From NCBI GenBank assembly GCA_951812325.1, contig OX638294.1:1278859-1342858 (forward strand): a stretch of DNA of 64,000 nt, written 5' to 3'. Position numbers and translations under genes: made by a program. The stretch is from an uncultured Thermoanaerobaculia bacterium. GTDB lineage: Bacteria; Acidobacteriota; Thermoanaerobaculia; Multivoradales; Multivoraceae. The notes beneath the pieces are model-generated. The model searched no databases. It saw only the letters and a program-made list of their open reading frames with translations, and had not been told where the DNA came from. Below are positions 1-7,844 of the stretch, piece after piece (positions within the stretch are counted from its first letter, which is position 1; each line of letters starts with the position of its first letter).

Positions 1-557
1 GCGCCGTCGCGAAGCACCTCGACCTGGCGCAGCGCGATTGCCGGAATCACCGCCAGGTCCGGGCCCTGGGCGCCGATCGAGACGGCGTCTCCGTGCCAGT
101 GGATCACTGCGGCCCGGTGCCGGCGCCTGCCGTTGACCAGCACCAGGGTGTGGTCGGGCGCCAGGTTGCGGAGATAGGCCGGCCGAACGATCGACGACGC
201 GTCGCTGATCGGCTGCATGCTCACGTTGTAGGAGGGCGCGAGGTTGCGCACCAGGTTCGCCACGTCCGTATCGCCCTGGGAGAGGAAGTCCTCGCCGGTC
301 AGCACGTCGACCGGCACCATCGACTCGGCGACGGACCGACCCTCGCCGCGGCTGCCGACGACGACGATCGCCTCGTTGAAGGTGGCCGTCTCTGCGCCCT
401 CGCCGTCCGCGGGTTCCTCGGCCTGGGCTTCCTGGGCCGAAACAGGCGCCGCAGCCAGCGCCACCGCCGCGGCTGCGGCCAGCAGCAGGCCGGGGATCGA
501 CTTCCACGGTTGGTCGGGTCCCGAACGGACCTGCCTGATCGTGACCGCCTGATTCAT
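1..557 (-). CDS. TonB-dependent outer-membrane receptor, 5' part (gene runs off the left edge); paralog of the 1164..3851 receptor
   Basis: Reverse-complement translation from ATG at 555-557: MNQAVTIRQV...signal peptide...ATFNEAIVVVGSRGEGRSV...PISDASSIVRPAYLRNLAPDHTLVLVNGRRRH...QVEVLRDGA. TonB box, plug domain and N-terminal region closely match the plus-strand receptor. GAAGGAAG SD upstream. Confidence 0.8.
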   Translation of the reverse strand, partial: MNQAVTIRQVRSGPDQPWKSIPGLLLAAAAAVALAAAPVSAQEAQAEEPADGEGAETATFNEAIVVVGSRGEGRSVAESMVPVDVLTGEDFLSQGDTDVANLVRNLAPSYNVSMQPISDASSIVRPAYLRNLAPDHTLVLVNGRRRHRAAVIHWHGDAVSIGAQGPDLAVIPAIALRQVEVLRDG

Positions 558-745
558 GCTTCCTTCAATTTCCATCCCGATCCTCCATCCCGACAAGAAA
601 GTGATCTTTCCGCAGCCAGACCCGCCCCCGCACGCCGGCGGACGGCATGGCGGGCGCGGAACCTACACACGTCGGTTGAAAGACGCAAGCCTCCCTGGCC
701 CAGGAGAAGTGTCCGCCGGCAGACTACGTGCCCGAGCCACGGTCT

Positions 746-957
746 GCGCACCTGTGCACGCCCGGAATCTGCGTGACCCCGACCTGGAGCCACATGTCGA
801 ACGTCGCGCGCCTGCGCACGCCGGGAATCTGCATTCTTGCTCCGGCTGGTACACGGACAGCGCACCGCGCACCTGCGCACGCCCGGAATCTGCTGGCACT
901 ACGGCGAGGCCGCCGGGGGGGGGCTGCGCGCGCACCTGTGCACGCCCGGAAATCTGC
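746..957. repeat. Four copies of an imperfect 27-bp direct repeat GCGCACCTG(T/C)GCACGCCCGGAATCTGC at ~61-bp period (746-772, 806-832, 867-893, 929-957), in the divergent intergenic region between the two TonB-receptor genes
   Basis: Read directly in the sequence. Repeat-to-repeat spacing 60-62 bp with ~34-bp unique spacers. Confidence 0.85.
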
Positions 958-1163
958 TACAGTCCGGGAGGCGGGAAGCGGCCCAATGCGAAGTCTCACT
1001 TCACGATGGTTCCCCGGCAGCCGGCGGCAGAAGTCCGCGTCGAACCTGGAGCAGCGCCGGGAACGGTCGGGTATACTGCCGCCTTCAGCCACGGGGCGCC
1101 AAACCGGCCTCGCTGGTACACGCTGACGCACGGCCATATCAACTGATCCCTTAGGAGTCACTC

Positions 1164-3851
1164 GTGAAGAAACCTCAATCCGGTTTGCCCCTGCTGTTGT
1201 CCCTTGCTTTTATCCTGCTCGCCCTCTGTATGGGCGCGCCGCTTCCGGCCCAGGAAGCGGAATCTCAGGACGAGAGCGAAGCGGCTGAAGAAACACCCGC
1301 GTTCGGCGAGGCGATCGTCGTTGTCGGCACCCGCACCGAGGGCCGCACCGTCACCGCATCTCCGGTGCCGGTCGACGTGATTCCCTCGACCGAGCTGGTC
1401 AGCCAGGGAAACAACGACCTGACGAACCGGATCAGGTCCGTCGTCCCGTCCTACAACGTCGGCACACAGCCGATCAGCGATGCGGCGACCCTGGTCCGGC
1501 CGGCCAACCTGCGCGGTCTGGCGCCGGACCACACCCTGATTCTCGTCAACGGCAAGCGTCGCCATCGCGCCGCGGTCATCGCCTGGCTCGGGAACGGGAT
1601 CTCGGACGGCTCCCAGGGGCCGGACATTTCCGTCATCCCGGCCATCGCCCTGCGACAGGTCGAGGTGCTTCGAGACGGCGCCTCCGCCCAGTACGGCTCC
1701 GACGCAATCGCCGGCGTGCTCAACTTCCAGCTCAAGGACGCGAGTTCCGGCGGCAGCATCGAGATCCGTTCCGGGCAGTTCCAGGACTCGAACCCCGGCT
1801 CAGACTCGGGCTTCGGCGGCCAGTACACCTTCGCCGGCGACAAGGGCATGTCCTACGCCGTGGCTGCGAACCTCGGCATGCCGATGGGCGACAACGGCTT
1901 CTTCAACCTGAGCATGGAGTACGGCGCCGCCGACCCGACCAGCCGCAGTGTGCAGCGGAACGATGCAATCGCGATCATCAACGCCGGCAACTCGATGATC
2001 CGCAACCCGGCCCAGGTCTGGGGTTCGCCCCTGCTCGAGGATGACATCAAGCTGTTCGCCAACTTCGGCAGCCTGTTCGACAACGGCACCCAGTTCTACG
2101 GTCACGCGAACTACGCCAGCCGGACGACGACGGGCGGCTTCTACTTCCGCAACCCGCACACGCGGTCCGGCGTCTTCAGCAATGACGGCGGAGGCTCCAT
2201 CCTGGTCGGCGACCGGCTGTGGGCCAGCACCGGTATGCCGAACGCCGGAGGCTGTCCCGCGCTCGGGGTCACCGGCCACGTGCCGGATCCGGCGGCCCTC
2301 GCCGCTATCGAGGCGGATCCGAACTGCTTCACCCTCTACTCGCGCTTCCCCGGCGGTTTCACGCCCCAGTTCGGAGGCGACCTGACGGACTCGTCGATCG
2401 TCGCCGGCCTCCGCGGCTATCTCGACAGCGGGATGACGTGGGACCTCAGCGTCAACGTCGGCAACAGCGAGGTCGACCAGTTCATCTACAACACGGTGAA
2501 CGCATCCCTCGGCTACGACACGCCAACCTCGTTCAACCCCGGCATCTACGAGCAGACGGACACGAACGTCAACTTCGACATCACATATCCGGTCAGGGAC
2601 AACGTGAGCCTCGCCGCGGGGGTCGAGTGGCGGAACGAGCAGTTCCGGATCGGCGCCGGCGATCCGGCTTCCTGGGAGATCGGTCCCTATGCCGTGCAGG
2701 GGTTCGGCTCCGGCTCGAACGGCTTCAACGGCTACCGGCCCGAGAACTCGGGAACCTGGGACCGCGCGAACGTCGCGATCTACGGCGACGTCGAGGTCGA
2801 CTCGCCGGATGAAAGGGGAACCTTCACCGCGGCGCTCAGGGTCGAGGACTTCGACGGCTTCGGCAACACGATCAACGCGAAGGTGTCCGGCCGCCGTCAG
2901 GTTTCCGACGTCGTGTCGCTGCGCGCCGCGGCCAGCACCGGCTTCCGGGCGCCGACACCCGGCCAGCAGAACGCGTTCAATGTGACGACGGCCTTCGATC
3001 CGGAGACGGGCGGTCTGTCGAACAGCGGCACCGTGCCTTCGACCTCGGCGCCGGCGGCTCTGCGAGGCGGCGAGGACCTTCAGCCCGAAGATGCGATGAA
3101 CTTCTCGGCCGGTCTGGTCGTCGACAGAGGCGAGTTCACCCTGACGGCCGACATCTTCCACATCGCCGTGGACGACCGGCTCGCCGTGTCCGAGACGTTC
3201 CGTCAGTGCGCCCTCATCCAGGAAGCGAACTGCGTGACGGACGCGGAGATCGAGGAGTTGCTTGCGGGCGGCTTCGTCGAGGCGCGGAACCTGAAGAACT
3301 TCCGGTTCTTCGTCAACGACTTCGCGACCGAGACGCAGGGTCTCGACGTGGTGGGCACCTGGGCGCCGCCGGAGCTCGGCGGCGACACGACCTTCAGCCT
3401 CGTGTTCAACTACACGAAGACGGAGGTCACGGACCACAACCCCGACACCGTCGGTCCGTTCCGTATCGCGACGATCGAGCAGGGCCTGCCGGAGTTCCGC
3501 TACAACATCTCGATGAACCACAGCGCCGAGCGCTGGTCCCTGATGACCCGCGTGAACTACTTCGACGGCTGGTGGGACAGCGAGGACGCGCAGAACCTCC
3601 TCGGGCGGAACGACGCGCCGATGTACCCGGACTACAGCGGCGAGTTCCTGCTCGACGTCGAATTCGGCATTCCGCTGCCGCACTCCACTTCGATCGCCAT
3701 CGGCGTGCAGAACCTGTTGAACACCTACCCGGACGTGAACCCCGGCGGCGCCGACGCAGTCGGCAACCAGTACGGCCAGTTCTCACCGTTCGGCTTCAAC
3801 GGGGCCTACTACTACGTTCGCTTCAACTACGCCTGGGGCCAGAACTTCTAG
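1164..3851 (+). CDS. TonB-dependent outer-membrane receptor (895 aa), GTG start
   Basis: Signal peptide MKKPQSGLPLLLSLAFILLAL. TonB-box/plug region (AIVVVGTRTEG, DTLILVNGKRRH, RQVEVLRDGASAQYGSDAIAGVLNF). Beta-barrel with C-terminal ...YAWGQNF ending in aromatic F. AGGAG SD 7 nt before GTG. Confidence 0.9.
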   Translation: MKKPQSGLPLLLSLAFILLALCMGAPLPAQEAESQDESEAAEETPAFGEAIVVVGTRTEGRTVTASPVPVDVIPSTELVSQGNNDLTNRIRSVVPSYNVGTQPISDAATLVRPANLRGLAPDHTLILVNGKRRHRAAVIAWLGNGISDGSQGPDISVIPAIALRQVEVLRDGASAQYGSDAIAGVLNFQLKDASSGGSIEIRSGQFQDSNPGSDSGFGGQYTFAGDKGMSYAVAANLGMPMGDNGFFNLSMEYGAADPTSRSVQRNDAIAIINAGNSMIRNPAQVWGSPLLEDDIKLFANFGSLFDNGTQFYGHANYASRTTTGGFYFRNPHTRSGVFSNDGGGSILVGDRLWASTGMPNAGGCPALGVTGHVPDPAALAAIEADPNCFTLYSRFPGGFTPQFGGDLTDSSIVAGLRGYLDSGMTWDLSVNVGNSEVDQFIYNTVNASLGYDTPTSFNPGIYEQTDTNVNFDITYPVRDNVSLAAGVEWRNEQFRIGAGDPASWEIGPYAVQGFGSGSNGFNGYRPENSGTWDRANVAIYGDVEVDSPDERGTFTAALRVEDFDGFGNTINAKVSGRRQVSDVVSLRAAASTGFRAPTPGQQNAFNVTTAFDPETGGLSNSGTVPSTSAPAALRGGEDLQPEDAMNFSAGLVVDRGEFTLTADIFHIAVDDRLAVSETFRQCALIQEANCVTDAEIEELLAGGFVEARNLKNFRFFVNDFATETQGLDVVGTWAPPELGGDTTFSLVFNYTKTEVTDHNPDTVGPFRIATIEQGLPEFRYNISMNHSAERWSLMTRVNYFDGWWDSEDAQNLLGRNDAPMYPDYSGEFLLDVEFGIPLPHSTSIAIGVQNLLNTYPDVNPGGADAVGNQYGQFSPFGFNGAYYYVRFNYAWGQNF

Positions 3852-4003
3852 CTCTAGCGCTTCAACCACGCCCGGGGCCGGAGCTTCCAGGTTCCGGCCT
3901 CAACGGCCACCCTTCACCCGGCGGCGGTCCTTGACCCCGCCGGGTGAACTGTTTCCGGACCGCGGACAAAGCCGGCCCGGACCGATCCGGGGAGAAGGCC
4001 GGC

Positions 4004-4150
4004 TCACCCGGCAGCAGGTTGGAAGACCTCTGCCGGTCGCTCCCGCTCCAGGCTCTGCAACAGCCAGTACCGCCGGTAGAGCTCGTTCGTCTCGTACAGT
4101 TCCTCGTGGCTGCCCGCGGTGACCAGCCGGCCCTGGTCGAGCACCTGGGA
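4004..4150 (-). pseudogene. Orphan C-terminal fragment (~45 aa) of an ABC exporter ATP-binding protein
   Basis: Minus-strand translation VLDQGRLVTAGSHEELYETNELYRRYWLLQ... matches the conserved C-terminal end of MsbA-type ABC ATPases (LDxGRIVEqGTHeEL...GlYarlwqlQ). Upstream in-frame sequence is low-complexity with no Walker motifs. Confidence 0.5.
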
Positions 4151-4275
4151 TGCCCGGCCAGAAGCAGGACGGTTCCGGCGCCCAAGGGCCGTGGATATGG
4201 CCGTGCCAGCCCCACCCGTCGACGGAACGGAACCCGCGCGGAGGAGCTTTCCTCCTCCATTCCGCCTCTTCGCTC

Positions 4276-5748
4276 TCACTTCCCGACCGAAAGCGTGATC
4301 ACGAGGTCGGGCCGTTCAGGATCCGCCGCGACGGCGTTGAAGACCTCCACGTCCATCGACAGTCTCACCGTGACGGCCACCGAGCCGTACTGAACCTGTT
4401 CCGGGATGCTCCGCCCGACGCGGCCAGAAGCAGCTCCCGACGCCACGACGGCCTCGGCGGGGGTTTGCCCGGACCGGTGCAGAGCGATGCCAACGTTCAC
4501 CGCTCTGCTGACCTGGCGACCGTGCATCGCAAGCTCCACCTCGAGTTCGACCTGGCCGCGCCGCCGGCGCCGCGCCACTTCCAGGCGCTCGATCGTCACT
4601 CCTTCGCACAGGTACGGCGCCGTGTCCCGGGTGATCCAGGCGTAGTCCCTGGGCAGCGCCTCGACCGGCCCCAACGGCAGGCGCAGCACCATGGGCGATG
4701 CCATGGCGATCCGCTCGATCCGATCCGCATCGCTTGCGCGCGCCGAAGCCGCCGTCACCTCGCCCGCGGCTGGAGCCGGCCCCTCGGGACCCGCAGTCGC
4801 GGGCTCAGCCGCTGCCAGGGCCGCCTCGCGTTCGACGGCTGCGGGTTCCGGCGCGTCAGCGGGCTCAGCCGCCGCCAGGCCCGCCGCGCGTTCGGGGGCT
4901 GTCGGTTCCGGCGCGTCAGCAGGCTCAGACGCTGCCGGGACCGTCGCGGGTTCGGGGGCTGCGAGCTCCGGCGCCGGTGCGACCGGCGCGCGCACCGGCG
5001 CCGAGGCCGTCGCCAGTGCCGCAGGTTCCTCCGAGGCAGACGGTGATTCGACCAGGGCCGTCTCCAGTTCCGCCGGCGAACCCGGGCTGGACGAGTCCGA
5101 CACGCCGCGCCCCATCGGATCGTAGTAGTACTCGGAGAACCCCTCGATGGTCATCGACCGGTCGTCCGCTTCACCCTGCAGGGAGAAGCCGCCGACGTGG
5201 GCCACTCGGCCACCCGCAACCGGAGTCAGGCGCTCACTCCAGGACGCCGGCGGTCCGTTGGCGGTGACGCGCTCGCCCCTGAGGACGAGGGCGCCCCCTT
5301 CGACGCTTCCCGACGATCGGACCACCATGCCCCGATTCGAAACGCTGAACCGCCGCCACACGCCCGCCGCCCGATCGAACGTACTGTAGGTGCGGCCCGA
5401 CTCGCCCCCTTCGAGCGCCCAGGTCTCGGCGACCAGGCAACCCCCTTCGAGCTTCTCCACCCGGCTGCGGCCGAACACGGCGCCGCCGGTCTCGTCCGCG
5501 GCCCCATCGCCGCCGGACACGAGCCTCCATTCGCCGAGCAGAAAGTCCAGGGCGCGATAGGCCTCGTCCTCGCAGGCGCCCCGGGTCTGCGCCGCGAGCG
5601 GCCACGTCACAGTGAACCCGGTGACACCCAGCACCAGCGCCAACACCCACCGGGCGGGTTTCGTTGGTCGGCGCCCATCGCCATCTTCGGCCGTGACTTC
5701 GTCGCGCGGCGCGAGGGCCCACCGGCCCGGATTCGTCGGTCGTTTCAT
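4276..5748 (-). CDS. Hypothetical secreted protein (490 aa) with Ala/Pro/Glu-rich tandem repeats, co-operonic with the NCS2 permease
   Basis: ATG at 5746-5748 with GAAGGAGGT SD. Signal-peptide-like WVLALVLGVTGFTVTWPLAAQ. Three exact-period 60-bp tandem units at 4801-4980 encode APEPA/AAAEPA repeats. No recognisable family. Confidence 0.6.
   Translation of the reverse strand: MKRPTNPGRWALAPRDEVTAEDGDGRRPTKPARWVLALVLGVTGFTVTWPLAAQTRGACEDEAYRALDFLLGEWRLVSGGDGAADETGGAVFGRSRVEKLEGGCLVAETWALEGGESGRTYSTFDRAAGVWRRFSVSNRGMVVRSSGSVEGGALVLRGERVTANGPPASWSERLTPVAGGRVAHVGGFSLQGEADDRSMTIEGFSEYYYDPMGRGVSDSSSPGSPAELETALVESPSASEEPAALATASAPVRAPVAPAPELAAPEPATVPAASEPADAPEPTAPERAAGLAAAEPADAPEPAAVEREAALAAAEPATAGPEGPAPAAGEVTAASARASDADRIERIAMASPMVLRLPLGPVEALPRDYAWITRDTAPYLCEGVTIERLEVARRRRRGQVELEVELAMHGRQVSRAVNVGIALHRSGQTPAEAVVASGAASGRVGRSIPEQVQYGSVAVTVRLSMDVEVFNAVAADPERPDLVITLSVGK
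4801..4980. repeat. 3 x 60-bp tandem repeat inside the hypothetical protein gene
   Basis: Units 4801-4860, 4861-4920, 4921-4980 are near-identical (gggctcagccgc(t/c)gccag...ggcgcgtcagc). Confidence 0.8.
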
Positions 5749-5760
5749 CCACTACCTCCT

Positions 5761-7056
5761 TCAAGTGCCGAGAAGAACCACCTTGGCGACGAACAGAACG
5801 GCAAGGACCGCAACGGCCGGACGAATCTCGCTGAACCGGCCGGAAAGCAGCTTGATCGCGGTGTAGGTGATGAAGCCCGCCGCGATGCCGTGGGCGATCG
5901 AGAAACTGAAGGGAATCGTGATCGCCAGTACGACCGCGGGCACGTATTCCGTCGCGTCGCTCCAGTCGATCCCTGTCATGTTCCGGATCATCACGCTGGC
6001 CACGAAGAGCAGGGCGGCCGCGGCGGCGAACGACGGGATCGTTGCCGCAAGAGGCGACAGGAACAGGGTCAGCAGGAAGAGGGCCGAGACCGTGACCGCC
6101 GTCAGGCCGGTGCGCCCACCAGCCTTCACCCCTGCCGCGCTTTCGATGTAGCTCGTGACCGACGACGTGCCCAGGACCGCACCGGCCACCGAAGCGCCGG
6201 AATCCACGATCACCGCCCGCCGGAGCCGGGGCAGGTTGCCCGCCCGGTCGAGCATGCCGCCCTCCCTGGCCACCGCGATCAGAGTGCCCGAGGTGTCGAA
6301 GACATCGGTGAACAGGAAGGCGAGGACGATTCCGAAGAATGCGGCGTCGAACGCGGCGACGACGTCCAACTGTCCGAACGTGGGGGCCAGCGAGGGAACG
6401 GTCGCCACCGCTCCCTGCCAGCTGGTCTCACCGATGAGGATGCCGACCAGGGTCACGGCGAGCATGCCGATCAGCACCGCTCCGGCCTTCTTCAGGGCGT
6501 CCAGGGCCGCGATGAGCACCAGCCCGCTGATCGCGAGCACGACGCTCCAGGAGGTCACGTCCCCGAGTCCGACGAGAGTCGCGTCGTCGGCGACGACGAG
6601 TCCGGCGTTCTCCATCGCGACGAGGGCGAGAAAGTAGCCGATGCCGGCCGCCGTCGCCATCTTCAGCGATCGCGGAAAGGCGTTGACGATCCAGGCCCGG
6701 ATCGGCAGTACGGAGATGATCAGGAAGCAGACGCCCGAGATGAACAGCGCGCCCAGGGCGACCTCCCAGGAATGCCCCATCCCCAACACGACGCCGTAGG
6801 TGAAAAACGCATTGATGCCCATGCCGGGCGCGAGCGCGATCGGGTAGTTCGCGTACAGCCCCATCGCCGCGCTGGCGATCGCCGCCGATAGACAGGTGGC
6901 GACGAACACCGCCCCGCGGTCCATCCCCGCCTCGCCGAGAATCTGCGGGTTGACGACGGCGACATAGGCCATCGTCATGTAGGTCGTCACGCCGGCAACG
7001 ATCTCCCGCCTCGCCGTTGTCCGGTGCTGGTCGAGGCGGAAGAGGCGGTTCAGCAT
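5761..7056 (-). CDS. NCS2-family nucleobase permease (adenine/guanine/hypoxanthine, AzgA/PbuG-like), ~431 aa from ATG 7054-7056; the track ORF extends to 7167 but that part is unlikely to be coding
   Basis: MLNRLFRLDQHRTTARREIVAGVTTYMTMAYVAVVNPQIL... multi-TM protein with the typical AzgA-family N-terminus and motifs. Stop overlaps the RBS of the downstream hypothetical gene. Confidence 0.85.
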   Translation of the reverse strand: MLNRLFRLDQHRTTARREIVAGVTTYMTMAYVAVVNPQILGEAGMDRGAVFVATCLSAAIASAAMGLYANYPIALAPGMGINAFFTYGVVLGMGHSWEVALGALFISGVCFLIISVLPIRAWIVNAFPRSLKMATAAGIGYFLALVAMENAGLVVADDATLVGLGDVTSWSVVLAISGLVLIAALDALKKAGAVLIGMLAVTLVGILIGETSWQGAVATVPSLAPTFGQLDVVAAFDAAFFGIVLAFLFTDVFDTSGTLIAVAREGGMLDRAGNLPRLRRAVIVDSGASVAGAVLGTSSVTSYIESAAGVKAGGRTGLTAVTVSALFLLTLFLSPLAATIPSFAAAAALLFVASVMIRNMTGIDWSDATEYVPAVVLAITIPFSFSIAHGIAAGFITYTAIKLLSGRFSEIRPAVAVLAVLFVAKVVLLGT

Positions 7057-7253
7057 CGTGGCGTGGCCCGGGGGCCGGTTCCGGGCTGGGTCGGCCAGAC
7101 GGCAAACTATCAGCACGAACCGGCCGCCGCCGGTCGTCCGCCGCCTCCTGGTCGGCATCCGCTCCAACTCCCGGCCCTGGATTTCGTCAAGGTCCAGTAG
7201 AGACCCGACCGGGACCAGCCCATCAAGGACCAGGCGAAAGGGAGTTCAGTACA

Positions 7254-7760
7254 ATGCAGAGGACCGTAGTAGAGTCGGACCTGGCAGCCACGAGGCGGAG
7301 CTTGACGGAGGCCGGCTTCGATGACAGACAGGCTCAAACGTTGGTCGACGTGACCGGGACCGCCGCTCAGCAGCGCACGCTCCAGGCCGACGTCGCCGGG
7401 TTGAAGAACGAGGTGGCGCTGCGCAACGAGCGCGTCGACGGTCTCCGAGGCGAGTTCAAGGCCTTTCGCGGCGAGATCGTCGCACGCCTTGAAGCCTCGG
7501 AGGAACGCGTCAAGAACGAGATCGCCGAACTCCGCACGGACATGCAGAGCGGAATCACCGAACTCCGCGCGGAAACGCAGAGCGATATCGCCGAACTACG
7601 CACGGAAATGAGAAGCGGGTTCGCCGCAGTGCACGGGCGGATCGACAGCCTGGAGGAGCGGTTGAAGCTGATGCTCTGGTTCCTCGGAATCGGCCTGACG
7701 CTCTACACGGGCACGACCATCTCCCTGATGGTCCTCCTGTTCCGCAACGTTCTGTCGTGA
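7254..7760 (+). CDS. Coiled-coil protein with C-terminal transmembrane anchor, DUF1640-like (168 aa)
   Basis: ATG 7254 preceded by AAAGGGAG SD. N-terminal LTEAGFDDRQAQTLVDV motif typical of DUF1640, repeated AELRTxMxSGIxELR heptads, C-terminal LMLWFLGIGLTLYTGTTISLMVLLF helix. Confidence 0.6.
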   Translation: MQRTVVESDLAATRRSLTEAGFDDRQAQTLVDVTGTAAQQRTLQADVAGLKNEVALRNERVDGLRGEFKAFRGEIVARLEASEERVKNEIAELRTDMQSGITELRAETQSDIAELRTEMRSGFAAVHGRIDSLEERLKLMLWFLGIGLTLYTGTTISLMVLLFRNVLS

Positions 7761-7844
7761 GCTCCGTTGCCGACCTCAAAGGGGGTTAGCTCCAGGTTTC
7801 CTGTGCGTGCGTACCGGGCGTGCCCACCGGCCAACTGGCGCCGC

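Noticed and set aside
746-957. Possible mini-CRISPR array (27-bp repeats, 34-bp spacers)
   Set aside because: Repeats differ from one another at several positions, there are only four copies, no cas genes or leader are present, and the location is a divergent promoter. Kept as a repeat or regulatory-site candidate instead.
5197-6891. Long plus-strand ORF (564 aa) antisense to the NCS2 permease
   Set aside because: Arg/Gly/Asp/His-rich low-complexity translation typical of antisense frames in ~70% GC DNA; the minus-strand permease has clear family motifs.
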